A stretch of DNA of 59,882 nucleotides, from positions 35,478,522 through 35,538,403 of the forward strand of contig NC_068993.1 of assembly GCF_001194135.2 (NCBI RefSeq), read 5' to 3'. Positions within the stretch are counted from its first letter, which is position 1, and each line of letters opens with the position of its first letter. Below the pieces are notes generated by a model. The model made no database searches, was not told where the DNA came from, and worked only from the letters and a program-made list of their open reading frames with translations. Made by a program: the position numbers and the translations under genes. This document shows positions 11,548 through 26,336 of the stretch, in pieces. This DNA comes from Octopus bimaculoides (Eukaryota).

Positions 11548-13459
11548 GTGGGTGTGTGTGTTATGTATGTATTTCTGTATGCATATATGTAAAGAATTAA
11601 TTCTTGGTATGATTAACTAATGGAGTGATTTGTTGTTTTATGTCATATTTTTATATTGATATTTTTATATTTCGAACCATCAAAAGAGAATTACATTCAT
11701 TTATTTGAGGTTCATTTCTGCTTTCTTTCTTACTCTTTTTTATCATCTCATTTTTTTTTGTGCTTTTTCTTTTTGATGTAATTGTGTTGGTTGGTGGGTT
11801 CTATATTTGATTTGATTGCAGAATGTACATCATTAAGCAATTCGGAACCGTTCTATATCTTATTGGAAATGGAAATAATTACTACTAAAATCTGTGCTGA
11901 TTGATTCTTTGTTAATTACGAAGCAGTAGCATATTACATTTACAACTGAACTAGGAATAACTAAGAGCATTATTATCTTCATATAATATCTGTTACCAAC
12001 ACTGGATGCCAATATTGCTACAATGAATATTTTCTCAATAGACTGACACTTAATTTAAAATTGTCAATGGCGTTATTTACATATTGACTGCTCTGGCAGT
12101 AGGGACTAATGCCACAAATGGAACATGGGAAATATAACATTCATAAGATCTCAGGGATATATTGAGCATATCCATGCCACGGTCAACCAGTTGATTAGAT
12201 GTTAACAACAGATATGATGCTGCAGGTACTTTATTTCCCGACATACCAGTCAATGTGATATTTAATGTAATTATGTAGTGTAAACATACAAGCATTATCA
12301 CTATCTTTCCAAATCCTGCTGAATTTCACATGGAGATTTTTGTCTTCTAAAGTTCATTTTTGTCTTAGTGGATCAAACTACTGCCTTTTTTGGTTGTAAA
12401 TTTTGATCTGAAAAATTCAACTTGTATACCAGAAATAGAATTTATCATGGCTGTGTATATGTAAGGATACTAGAACACACCAATATATTCTTTTATCGCC
12501 TGGTCTCATTGTACTCTCATCAGAATCTAGTCTATTATTGCACATTCGTTGTTGTCGATGTCATTGTCGTCGTTTAGCCCCAGGACAATCATCATGGAAC
12601 ATACCTATGGTCAAAGTCATGCAAATCATGACCATCGCAGCTGTCTTTTCGTTAAAATAACGCAAACTACTCCATGTAATTATGTATATTTATGGCATTA
12701 GGCTGCAATATGAGGGGGTGATCTGTTTGCTGTTTACAGGAGATCGATAGTCACGGTGGAGCATCACAACTGTAGATTCAAGTGGTGGACAAAATAATGT
12801 TGGACACAACCGATTCAGTTTGGGGAAGAATGTGGCCCTTCTCTAGGACATAGGGACATGAGCCAGTCACTACATGGTTCCTCGACCTGCGAGAAATTAT
12901 TTCATTATTTAATGTCATGCTTTGATCAAGTTTTGTATTGAAACAAATTCAGTTTATAGCTCACGATGAATTATAGAATGGTAATATTTTTTTGCCTGTT
13001 TTACTTTTTACCAGGCACGGGATGAATTTATAAATCGAGAGACCCTTACTCGCAGTTAGAAAGCGGATTCGAAATCGCTTTCCCATAAATCATCTGGTTT
13101 CAGATGCATCGCTGAAGAACTCGGCTTTCTCTACCTTGTCTGTGCACATCAACGGAAACAATTTGAGAGGTTAGTTTCAAGAACAGAACCTAATAAAATG
13201 CACAGGGATAATCCTATTTATAGTGAGAATTTATATTTCTCTTTCGTGTTTATGTTGTTATTGTTTAGAAAAATTGTTGTAATTGGAAGAACAAACAGTC
13301 GGGAATATTACAGATATGATCATCAAATATTTCTTTGGATCTATAATTTTACATTGTCTATCCTATATTGTACAAGACTTGCATTTGCTTATGGTAATTT
13401 ATGAAGTGCAGCTACGTCAATATATTCTGAAATATGTCTAGTATCAAAGTTCGTTGGGT

Positions 13460-13482
13460 TTGTGTGTATGTGTGTGTTTGTG

Positions 13483-13538
<56 letters not shown>

Positions 13539-13542
13539 TGTG
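13460..13542. repeat. (TG)n(TGCG)n microsatellite
   Basis: Direct reading. Confidence 0.9.
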
Positions 13543-14378
13543 TAATCTTTTGCTTCACATAGAGTAATAATGGCTGAATATGCGAAAGAAAAAGTAACCG
13601 GTTGTAAAACATGATGCACCGTGTGATCATGATGGGGACATGCACTATCTGTATATTTCAATTAACTGAGAACCAACTCATAAGTAATGTTCAATCTCCT
13701 CAGCATTGATAGTATAGTATGAGGTTTCCTTTTGACAAAAGAGCAGAGATTTATTGAGCTATATCGATTTAATGAGAAGTTGAAAATCATTGTAGCTAGG
13801 GCATCAATGTAACGATCCATATGCTATGTGTTCTATTCTCGGATTGGGCGTCGTGTTGAGTCTTTGAGTAAAGTGTTTTATTTCACTTTATCCCAATATA
13901 CTAAGCTAAACACAATTACCAGTGTCGCTAGCGGGGTAACATCTCGGCAGACTAAACGCCCGTTCAGTAGATGGCTCACCCATAGATTATACATGTTTTG
14001 AGTCCTAGATGGATTGAAAATCAGTGTTGTGTTCCCATATGGCTGAAGACTCAAGTCAGATATTAAAATGCTCAGTTACCTAAAATGTAATTATGTTAAT
14101 GAGATGCATAAACTAAATATTACCTCTTAATGCTATGAGCAAGAATTGGAGGTAGAGCAAGAAATAAGTAAACCAGAGGATGTAATCAGAGATCTCCACT
14201 GCCTCACAGAACTTCATAATAACTGATATTAAATTGTATATTTGTGTTCGAGGTTATTGTTAATTTTTAAACCTTGGGGTAGTTGGGATCGAACAATATT
14301 TATGATCGAAGTCGTTTCAGCGTGCAACAACTCCCTCGGCACCGTGTGTGTGTCGATAGATAGACATATAGATAAATC

Positions 14379-14442
<64 letters not shown>
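14379..14442. repeat. (GATA)n microsatellite
   Basis: Direct reading. Confidence 0.95.
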
Positions 14443-15505
14443 TTTCGAGAGAGATTTGGTTGCTAATGTTAGCAGGCCGATCGAACTAGTAAAAGTCCCC
14501 TCGTTGGTTCATTGAAAATTATTGTATAGAAGACAGGGAAAAGAAATTATTACAATGTAATATTTCTAGAAAATATAGATGTATGGCTTATTTACAGGCT
14601 CAACTGGTGTCGTTCTTGATAAAGAGGTCGATTTTTTTAAAATCAAGATTTGGACAATATGATATGGTTGATGTACAATTTTTTAAACAAAAATGTGTAC
14701 AGTGGTTGATCGTAATTTAGATAGTGTACCGTTCAACCAATAGACATGTCAACGTTATATATCTTCTCAGTTGCACCATGTTAACTTCATATTTAAAATG
14801 AACTCTCAGATGGGCGGATCCCCTCTACAAATAAAAAAAAAATTAATATTTTGGTGTAGTTTTCCGCCATTACAGAAATATATACATGCTGAATGCCTTA
14901 CATTGAACATTTTTATGATAAAATATTTTAAACGAAACACCGCCATGTTAGCTTCTTGATGCATTTCACGATGACAAATCCATTTGCAGTGGCTTTAAAC
15001 AAACTCAATAGTTGACTGAATTGGTCTCATTATGTTGCTCGTTTAATGAATATATGTACTGGAAAAGAATACATGTACCGTGGAATTTGAATACAGATCG
15101 CAAAAGAAGAAATGAATAAAATATTTCGTCACACATTTTATGGGGCGTTTTATCAAATTCAATCATGCAATATTGGTTTTCTGTGTTCTTTTATAATACT
15201 TAGTTTTTTAAACTCACAAACCTCTAAGTACTGCATAATTGGTTGGTTTTGTTTGAAATGAGATCTGTAACGGAAGCTGCTCAACCGTCACTCATATATT
15301 TCATCTTTTTCATATATTGAAAGGACAAATTTGTTTTTCGTTTTTGCTTTTCGTTTTCTTTTTTCATGTCGACATATTTGTTCTTTTGTAAAACATTACT
15401 GTTTACATTGCTACTAATTTTAGTATTTACAATAACATTTTTACATATTACAAAATATTATTGAAACATGAGATGCTTGTAACTTGATCGATGAATTTTA
15501 TTTAC

Positions 15506-15613
15506 CTGCTGATGGAAAATGAGATTTATTCGTTTTCATTTTCATATTCGACAATGCGATGTAAATTTGGAACTTACCTGCAAAAGGAATAGAAAATATA
15601 AATATTTAGCAAA
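15506..15613 (-). promoter_or_regulatory. Candidate recursive splice site (3'SS fused to 5'SS) with a 72-nt RS-exon
   Basis: Minus strand: TTTGCTAAATATTTATATTTTCTATTCCTTTTGCAG|GTAAGT. AG = 15579-15578, GT = 15577-15576. Second donor CAG|GTAAAT after 15506. Confidence 0.45.
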
Positions 15614-17324
15614 CTGATGAATAGAAACATAAATACAAAAACTCACGTAGACACATACACACATTTACACACAAAGATACACACAAAGATACACACAAAG
15701 ACACACACACATATGTATGTGTTTATGTATGCGTAAAAATATTTCCATTTATATTTTTCTACAGCTATTTGTTGCAAGACAGCCAGACACATAAAATATT
15801 AGTAATACATTTCAGTATATTTACTAAACGCAACATCTTTCAGGACTTTTATGTTATCATGTGCAAAAACGACGAATTTTTTCAATCGTATGTGTTATAT
15901 ATTTACCAGTAAATATTTCGTATTCGCACCTTTTTATTGCAGTACATAAACCTATTCATATACTTATTTATATGTGTGTGATAGAACCTGTATATTTCTA
16001 CGCTTATATTAATTTTTATGGTGCATAAACGTTCACCTACCTGTGCGTCAATACATAGGTTAAGTTCGATGTTGTGTGTAAGAAAGAGTGTTTATTGAAT
16101 GTATGCTGTGTGACCATATGAATACTTGTAGAATATTCGAGACTGACGGTATAAACTAATAACTAGTTCGTCCAAACAAAATTTTAGAGATGTTAAACAG
16201 AATACATTATGGTGGCATAACAGTAAGCTAAAGAATTGTTAGCTTTGATGTAATCTAATTTGAAAGTTTAAACTTCCAAAAATTTCTCTATCTCATGCTA
16301 AATTGCATTGATATGTTCAATGCAACGCGCATCGTTAACCATGCAAATATAAATGTGAGACTAAATATCATTTTATATAATAACAAAGTATAGCATGTAA
16401 GGTACAGTTAACGATCATGTAAAGGATATCGAGAAGGAATAGGAGGACCTACAATCGAAATGCTAAATTATTAGTAAAAGCCAGAAAATTTCACTACAGG
16501 AATAAACATAAGTGAAACCCTTTTGTTTGAATCATTTCAAATTCGCGCATAAATGGGGACCTGAGTGGGCAATGTGTTAGTGATACAGTAGACAATGCAG
16601 TAACCCACCTGTAAATAAAGCTACACCAACAAACATCAGCAATGTTATGTGGAGGGCAATAAATCGAATCAAAGACCTCCGCCCTAAATATCGATGTGAG
16701 AAATTCTAGGTAATGGAAAAGCTACGGACAAAGAAACAAGTGGTTCACGGGATTTACGCTAATACATTAAAAACCACTGTGCAAAATCTTTCATTGACAA
16801 ATTCATTAAATATGTAACATATTTATGTTTTGAAAATTTTACCCAGATTTCTCTTTAGTTTACCATAATTCCTTAAGCTCAAGCAAAGTAACTTTCTAAT
16901 TACTGGTATTATACATGCGGGTATGAATAACTTTTATAACCTAATTTTTTTATAACCTAATTTGTTTCCTCATGTGCAATGTGCACTCTTTCTTTTCTGA
17001 ACTTCAAATAGTTAAAGAATTATAACGTGCTTAGTTACCTATTCATTATTTATAACAAATAACCTAGGAAACCCATAAACTTTTGTTAATTGTATAATGT
17101 AGTCTCAATCCCTGATATATGTCATTATAAACTCGAAATCCAGGACGATCTATAATGAGACACTTGTTGCCATTTCAGCTACAAAGTAGACAACCGGGCT
17201 AGAAACTGAGAGAAACCTTTCAGACCGTGATGGTTGGTAACATTATTTTTATCAATGTTGCTTTGAGTAGTGTTTTTGTTTCTTACAGACAAGTATAAAT
17301 ACGTATGAAAATATGTTCATGTGT

Positions 17325-17325
<1 letters not shown>

Positions 17326-17410
<85 letters not shown>
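17326..17410. repeat. (GT)n microsatellite
   Basis: Direct reading. Confidence 0.95.
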
Positions 17411-17413
<3 letters not shown>

Positions 17414-20400
17414 CGCGTGCTTATTTGATCATTTTCTAGAAGTAGGCAAGTATTTTAAGAAAAAAATTGCTGTTTTGGAGAATTACTATAAAATGTGTTA
17501 TAGAGAGTCTCAAACACGAGATTTTGATTGCTTGCAAACCATGAATTGTTGCGTGTTTTCACTGCGCATTGATACAAGTATTTACTTAAGTAGTATAAGA
17601 AAGGTGCCAAGTTTTATGTATGTAAATGTATCTATGTACAAAATGTATTGGATTCCTCTGCATGTATGGTTCGAATAAGAAAAATCTCTCTAAGTGAAAA
17701 TCCTACCGTGCAGGCTTCTATTCAATTAAGTAGACATTAAAACCAATCATAGGAAACATTTCTAAGTTTTATCCTTTTTAGGTGTTTCATGTGATCGATG
17801 TTTCTGGATTTCACCCACTATTACCTATAATTTGCTGTTTGCTGAAATATCCAAGCCCGTCGTTTGACATTCATAAAGAGAAATAAAAGCGTTGTTTTAT
17901 TTTCTAATTTTATGTCGATTTCTGAATGGATAATTACAGAGTAGAATGTCGTGTTAAAAAATTTTAAGTTATTTTTAGAAATTTGAGTTCATATATTGAA
18001 TTCCATTTCAAAGAATCATATTCTTGCAGCAAACTCTATAATTGTTCATAGACACAATGGAAGGTTCAATAGGGTCATTTATTCGTTTCATTGACATTAT
18101 GTAATATCGATTTTGTCTCTAGTCTCTTTTATTAATGATCCATAGCGTATGTTTAACTCACTCTTAACTCTAATTTCACCATGAAAACTGTGTTACACAT
18201 TCCATGTATTTAAAATTCTCGTCAATATTATTTTAGAATTAGACACATTCCACCTTAAAATACCACATGATACCGTTTCATTTCCCTATTGAAGTTAATA
18301 AGATAGTCATTACAAAATATAGTCATCTCAATTAATCTTCAGTTAACATAGTCGATATCCTTCATTAAATTAGCATATTTCATTACATTTTTTATTCAGC
18401 TGAATAAAATGTTTTCATGAAAACACTATTGTAGATTTTTTCTCTTCTCTTTTTCTCTGTTAAATTTTATGTTTTCTTAGGACTAGTAAAAGTAATTTTT
18501 GTCAACACATAGTTAACTACTAATGCACCCGGTTCGTTTCAAAGGAGGTTGCTCATTGAATATAGAAAAGGCTCTAGAATTAAGATTTAAATTTAAAATG
18601 AAAACAAAACACTAAAAATAGATTTTAAAAAATTGCTACCATTATATTTCCAAGAATAGATAAAACCGATTGAACAAATCACGTGACCAATATTATAAAA
18701 GCAAAAATAAATTAAGAAATCATTTTCAGTATCCAACGAATTCTTTGTTTGCTTTGCTTTTAAAATTATTGACATCAGCAAAGAAAGCAACGCACATAGA
18801 ATTAGATGCATGTCGTCACTGGAAGCTATTTTGCGCCTGAAATATTCTTTCACTATTTCCCAGTCTTGTTTGTGTTTTATATTAATTATCCTATCAGCTA
18901 ATTATTCTTCTCTCTTTCGAAAAGCAAACGAACGAACACTTCTATTTTATTTTATTCAAGAAATGCTCAAGGAGAAATCATATAAAGACGACTGAAAACC
19001 AAAAATATCTTGGAATTTTAATTATGGTAAAAATAATTATCTTCTTGTTTATTGATTTCTTGAGAAAACATCGCCATATTACTATATTTTTATATAATAT
19101 CTTGGTGGGTGGTTGGTTGGTCGGTTGGTTGGTCTTATCTTTGAGTAGGAGTGATCAGAAACACATATTCTTTCTCTTTAAATTTAAAATTCTCAAATTA
19201 TATTTTTAGATCATTTAGAAATGAAGTTATTGTACATCGTTTTTAAGAATTCGGACAGATCTTAAATTAATTACTAGAGGTAACGATTTACAAAGGGTTT
19301 CTTAGGAAGGAAAAATGCTGCAATACTATAATAAGATAACTTAAAGAAACAAGCAGCAGGTGTATATTATTAATTGATCGTTATTTAAAAATATATCAAT
19401 ATTAAATTTTAATTAGCTATTAGAAAGGGAATAACTGTCAACCATAATGTTGTCCCGCCTTTTTTTCTAGTCAACGTGATCCACGGCTGTGAGAAAGCAG
19501 AAATAAGCTATTGCGAGGTTCATTATTTTGCCTATAATATTAACGGTTTGAAAGGATTTAACTGAGAAGCAAATAAATATTTGGTACTCCACTTACCGAA
19601 ATTTCATCCCTTGTTTAGTTATATAAAGATCACTAAAAATATTTATGTTAATACATGAAGGAAAGATCATATGGTATTCATTTATTCATGTACTGATTGG
19701 TGTAATGATAGTCAATGCCTTCAATTAAGTATTAAAATTGTGTTGTGAATTACACTCGTCAAAAGCATACACTTTGTTCAGTATAACACTATTTATGTAG
19801 GTCACGCATAGAGGTCACACATTTTTATAAAAGGTGTCTTTCATTGGGATTTGCCTCATGTAAGTTTTAAATTACATTTTCACGTAGCAATACTTTGCTA
19901 CAAGGCCACCTATTGGTGGAGCAGAAATGCATTAGACTAAATCGATCCCGTATATTATTGGTATTTATTTTATTCCCACTATAAAGACGTATGATATTTG
20001 ATTTACACTCAGAGCATAATAGTACCAGGTAGGATGTGTTGATATCTATGGGTTTTGTATGCGTCTCTGTATGTGTGCGTGTGTATATGTACACTGATAA
20101 ACAGAACATATTGGGATGCAATTGTATATTATGACAACCTGTATAGGACACAATTATTTTAGGGTCCCAGAAAAGCCATACTAAAATCAGAAATTATGTG
20201 TCCCTCATTTCGTTACTCAAAACAATAAAAGGTCATAATACATATTTTTTTTAAACAAATAAATCTCTTTCAGAAATTTCTCTGACTAAATACTTCAGTT
20301 CGCGTCATCCTATGCTTATTATAGATACACTATAAATCATCATTGTAGTTTATTTAGCATTTTTGAAGATATAATTTAGCCTATATACTTTTTAGTCTAA

Positions 20401-22609
20401 AAAGTTATATTGTCTTTGTAGAATCCTAAGCTGCAGAGAATTGCATTTGAAACGATTAATAAACATATAATCGGTTGTTTGGGTGAAAACGGTGTAAAAT
20501 TAGTTGGAAGACTTTCCAGCTTTTATTTCTGTGATTACAGGTTCAAGACACACGAGGAATCGAAATTTTATTTTATCTTGCTGAGACCTATAACATATGC
20601 TTTAAGACAATTTTTCTTCCTCGGTTCAAAAAAGGAGAAAAAGATGCTACCCCATAGAGTTGCAGGTCTTTTAAAGTTATTGAATTCTATGTGTTTAATT
20701 TTAGACTTAATATTATGCATGCAGCTTTTGTTGTTGTTTAGCATCATAACAGCGATTAACTAGCAGGTATATGACAGTCGTGATCAAAGGTATTTAAACC
20801 GTAAAAAGGCTGTATTGTTTTAAGAAACAGTATTCTCCATTCCAGAGTAAATTGCTCAGTATGTATGTACTTTAATAAAGACAATAAGGTATAGCGAGAG
20901 AAAGATTAAGCCACTATTTTTAGCATTTCCAACTACCACTTAGCGTTTCCTACATTGGTTAATCATCTGTAATTTGATATCCGCAGGTGCGAGCATGAAG
21001 TGAATTACAGAATATCAGTTCTTAGGATAAAGTTTTATACATAATACTCAATACTAATTAATGCACTATAGAGAGATCGTAGTAAGTATAAGGTGTAAAC
21101 AACCCGGTAGTTTGGCGAAAAAGGTTATACTATAGTTATGAATGCAGAGGCAACTGAATACACAATACATCTATAAGCCAGTGATTGCAGTGTTGTTATT
21201 GTAAGTTTGCTAATCAATCGCACAGACCTCAGTTACTAATAATATAAAGTCAACAATTAAGCATTTGTTTTCTGGTTACATTAACGATAAGTCGTCATTA
21301 TAAAAGGCTAAAATAGTTTGGGACCAAGCATCCATAAGATGTGTGAAAATCATAGCAACGCGTTGTTCATAAGTAAAAATGAAGTGTACCGCTGTAGGGG
21401 AATTGAAGTGAATGGATCTTTGTATTTATAGAAGTCCAAGTAACCGAAAAATTGGAGATTGTTTTTAAAGAGTCAGCACATAGAAATGACTGCTCTAAAA
21501 TACATTATTAGCTGAACAAAATTAGCGTTGTGGATAATAAATAAATCAATATATTGCCTACTATGCTCACAGATGAAAGATAAAGCTTTGAATAAAATTG
21601 CAATATACTACAAGGGTCATGAGAAACCTCAACTGGCTTATAAGTGTGAAGTGGTGCTGGAAATTAGGCAAAGACTGCTACCAGCAGGCAGAAGTTATTC
21701 AGACTATTGGGTTGATCGAGAGGCCAACAGAGCATGCAATCTACGTTTATCAAATGATTGTATTCTTTGCTACAGTGACACGATTCGTATGTTCTCTTAA
21801 ATTAGATTTATTATTGAATAATAAAATGTTGTTTTGTGAACAAGTGTGCTTCCCAATGAGCGTATCCAAGAAGCAGGCAATATTTACATTAATGAGAATG
21901 TACACCTTAACCCATATGTATAAGCGTGTGTGTGTGTGTGTGTGGGAATGCATGCGGGTGTGCATGCGTGTGTATGCATTTATATCTATAGTAACTATAC
22001 TACCGTGTTAGATATCGAACATACAGAATTGTAATCAAAACCAAATAAATTTTTATATAATTAGTTTAAATCGTCAACATTTATATCATTAGTTTCATTC
22101 GTCCCATGCAAACAATGCAATCAACGAAGAGAATCGAATCCGACTCATCAACAATTGAATTTATTCCATTTAAACATTGTTTTATATAAAAATTAAAAGA
22201 AGTTTTTAAAAAAGGGTTATTTTAATTTTTCTCACTGTAATCGGTTAGAGCATGAGAATATTCAGAATATCTATTGTTCCTTTCCATGTTATTTTAACAC
22301 TAACGCATGCTTACAGATTGAAAAAAAACTACAGTACAGGAGTAATGTACTCGATCGTTTCTTATCACTTTCATTGACCACGTTACGATTAATATAAAAA
22401 AAATCCACTGCGGTACCCTATGATTTAACCTAAGAATGTGCAGCAACTAAACTAACATCGGTTAGGTTTTTAGTTCCACCATCTACTGCTTTTGTCTCTT
22501 TATCGCATTGCACAACAAGCATAGCCTTGTGGTTAACAAGGCCGCTTCACATCCACAACAGAGTAATGCACTGCGATTTAGTAGATGGAAATTGTGTGGA
22601 AGTTTGTAA

Positions 22610-22659
<50 letters not shown>

Positions 22660-22894
22660 CGTGTAGTAGATTCCTTTTTATCAGAAATCTCCCTGTCACT
22701 TTCTCTCCTGAAAGAAATCGACATCAGTGAAGCGTAGAGAATCATGGGTTCTGCCGAGTTTAAGATAACCAAGACACTCTGTATGTTACGACAGTGCCGT
22801 CACCGTTAAGTTAAGAACCATGTAGTGTGATAACTATGTATACACACACATGTATATGTTTATTATATCACATATTATATTGCATTATATATAT

Positions 22895-23054
22895 AGGTGC
22901 AGGTGTGACTATGTGGTAAGAAGTTTACTTCCCAACCACATAGTTACGGGTTCAGTCGTACTTCGTGGCACCTTGGCAAGTGTCTTCTACTATGACCTCG
23001 GGCTGACCAAAGCCTGGTGAGTGGATTTGGTAAAGGGAATCTGAAAGAAGCCCG

Positions 23055-23098
<44 letters not shown>

Positions 23099-23314
23099 TT
23101 GTATGTTTGTGTCTGTGTTTGAACCCCAACCCATCACTTGACAACCGATGTTGGTGTGTTTAAATCCCCGTAACATAGCGGTTCAGCAAAAGAGAGCCAT
23201 AGAAGAAGTACTAGGCTTATAAAGAATAAGTCCCGGAGTCAACGTGTTCGATGAAAACCCTTTAAACTGGTGCCCCAGCATGGCTGCAGTCAAATGACAA
23301 ACAAAATAAAAGAA
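22895..23314 (+). mobile_element. Full-length CORE-like tRNA-headed SINE family B with internal (TA)n
   Basis: Head GGTGTGACTATGTGGTAAGAAGTTT...GGGTTCAGTC, CORE-like GGCACCTTGGCAAGTGTCTTCTACTATG, internal TA repeat, and tail GGTGCCCCAGCATGGCTGCAGTCAAATGAC...ATAAAAGAA. Confidence 0.85.
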
Positions 23315-23363
23315 CAAGCACACACACACATAGACAGACACACACACACGCACGCGCACTTAC

Positions 23364-23395
<32 letters not shown>

Positions 23396-25110
23396 NNNNN
23401 NNNNNNNNNNNNNNNNNNNNNNNNNNNNNNNNNNNNNNNNNNNNNNNNNNNNNNNNNNNNNNNNNNNNNNNNNNNNNNNNNNNNNNNNNNNNNNNNNNNN
23501 NNNNNNNNNNNNNNNNNNNNNNNNNNNNNNNNNNNNNNNNNNNNNNNNNNNNNNNNNNNNNNNNNNNNNNNNNNNNNNNNNNNNNNNNNNNNNNNNNNNN
23601 NNNNNNNNNNTATATATATATATATATGCATAGTCAGCTATGTGTTGAATGAATACAGCATCCGTCCGATATTTAGCCATAGCCATTTACGCTCTGATTT
23701 CGTTCTTTCACACTAAGGTGTACACAAAGTACGGATGTTGATAAATTAAATACTATACGGACCTCTAAGATCAATATAACATAATCAGCTAAAATCTCTG
23801 AAATGTTGCCCGTTCACAGCTGCAATTCAACGACAAGAGTCGGTAAAGGAATAACGAAATTATATTATGCGAGAACTCAAACAAGTGCAGTGATTACGCC
23901 CGAAGTCTTAGTAGATTGGCAATAGATTCAAAGTTATATATTTACCATACTTTGTTTAAGAGTTCAGATAAACCGTGTTTTATATTATATTTACGCACCA
24001 GTAGCCGTGTTATACCTCAGAATATTCAGCCTAATCATATAAACACCATATGTTTTCATTACCTATGAAAATTATATTGCATTAAAATTGTTTAACAGTG
24101 TGCAAAAATGGTTTTGGATAATTGCCATCTAGCTCAATATGTATAATTTGTAAACGTTCTGTGTGGGTAATATTATATCAGAGTTTCTACAGAAGCTTTC
24201 CTTAGTAGTTTTGTTTAAATATAAAACAACATAAATAATTCGATACCTACTGAAATTTATTATTATGTTCCTTTGTTTTCTTTGTTAAATCAAATTGACT
24301 GATTTTCCCCCATTGTTTATCGTCAAAAGTGATACGCAATGTAGTATATAGAATGTCTAAAAGAATGAGAGACAGTGCAGGTATAAAGTACATATGATTT
24401 CTCCTGAATACAAATGTAACTCTGAGAAGAATACAAAATGCAATGCAATTATCTTCTTTATTTATTCTAGCATTTAACTAAACGTTTAACTAAAGTATTG
24501 CTTCTTTCGTTTTTCAATCTGGCAATGAACATAATGTTTTGCATATGAGAGTCGTAAAGATCGAATCAATCGTCGTCAAAAGACGATTCACGTGGAGTTT
24601 GAAACAGGATATTTGATGGATAGCAGCAAGTGCTCGATAACAACCGTTCTACTGCTCAACTATTGCATTCTGTTTCAGAGATTGCGGTATTTGACCCATG
24701 AAATTTCTTGTTTCAGGCGAAAGAAATAATTTGTTTTCAATATATTTTGATGAATTTATCATATCCAATTTTTGTTTCAATTTTCTGGAGTTAAGAACGA
24801 TTATAAAAGCCTGTAAAATATTGATTTTTTGCAAAAGCAAATCCTATAGGAGGAGATAGACGTGAAGCCTGGGACTTCGTTAATTGCTTCAGGAAGGATG
24901 AGCAATATAGTTCATCTTGGCAGCCTTCGACATTCCAGTGAAAGGTGAAGATGCGATGACTTATACATTCATTGAAAATTGAGGTGGGTTTACAGAAGGA
25001 GTAAATTATTTGCAGTTAAATCATTTATATCCTGATTTTGAATCTCATATTCGAAGCCTCTAAATGCTGTTTTAACGTAAGTACAAATCTTTAAAAAAAA
25101 ATTAAAAATT

Positions 25111-25320
25111 GTTTCAAATTTGGCAGAAGACAAGCAATTTCCAGGGAGGTATAAAGTTGATTATATTGATCCCAGTGCTCGACTGATACTTATTTTATTG
25201 TCTCTAAAACGATGAAAGGTAAAGTCGACCTAGGCGGATTTGAACTCAGAACGTGAAGACGTATAAACTACGGCTAAGTATTTTACCCGGCATACTAAAA
25301 ACTCTGCGAGCTCGCGGTCT
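25111..25320 (-). mobile_element. SINE family A copy
   Basis: TACTTATTTTATTGTCTC...GATGAAAGGTAAAGTCGACCTAGGCGGATTTGAACTCAGAACGT...CTCTGCGAGCTCGC. Confidence 0.8.
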
Positions 25321-25555
25321 TGAAATCTAGTAGAATATTAATTTCGATTCACTCGGATAAAGTTGTTACCATTTTAAACATTTTAAAATGAAAGCAATGC
25401 GTTTAAACTAGCCAGGAATATCGGAGTCTCTTGAAGTAAATATTTTGTGTTCAAATCGTTAATAAAAATGACATCATTTTCAAGATAAGCATTTTCACTG
25501 TTGTATAGGGGAAATTAAATCATGAATGAATATCTTTCATGATACATTCAAAGCA

Positions 25556-25558
<3 letters not shown>

Positions 25559-25621
<63 letters not shown>

Positions 25622-25648
25622 GGATGGATGGATGGATGGATGAATGGA
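25559..25648. repeat. (GATA)n(GGAT)n microsatellite
   Basis: Direct reading. Confidence 0.9.
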
Positions 25649-25827
25649 TCAAAATATTCACAAAAAGAAAAGATAATATATATTCATATTTATATATTCA
25701 TCAGATATTTTACAGTTAAAGACTAAATTACTCGGAGTAGTTACTCAGTGATGATCGGCATGAATAAATTTATATAAACTTCATAATATATGTAATTTTT
25801 AAGAATAAGGTGGAGGGGAAAACGTTG

Positions 25828-25866
25828 AATCTATGAAATACAAATCTATGAAATACAAATCTATGA
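25828..25866. repeat. 15-bp tandem repeat AATCTATGAAATACA x2.6
   Basis: Direct reading; explains MKYKSMKYKSM in ORF 25833. Confidence 0.9.
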
Positions 25867-26298
25867 TCACTCATTTTATTTTGCAATGTCCACACGCTTT
25901 TCTCGCTCTAGATGCAATGTTATACTCTCACTTTCTCTCTATCTATTTCTCTCTCTCTCTCCCTCTAACACACACACATACATATATAGATGTGCGTGCG
26001 TGTGTGTGCGTGTGCGTATCTATTTACATGTATGTCGTATATATGCGATAAGGTGTATATGATAAGCGTGGTTTGCACAGTCGAAGAACAAATCTAAATC
26101 ACTTCATCCGACTTAAGAAATTTCCATTAATGTGTTCTTAGGTATGGTTCTTTGAATTGTTAACTAAGGCATATCTTTATGCGAATAGTGTGTATAGAAC
26201 GATATATCAGTAACAGTATTCATATAAATGCACGCAAGTATACAATCTCACACACACACACATGTGTGTGTGCGTTCATGCGAGAAAGCGCGCGCGCC

Positions 26299-26336
<38 letters not shown>

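Noticed and set aside
18593-18853. Hydrophobic 86-aa minus-strand ORF resembling a membrane protein
   Set aside because: Hydrophobicity follows from T-rich composition; no family motif and no convincing splice sites.
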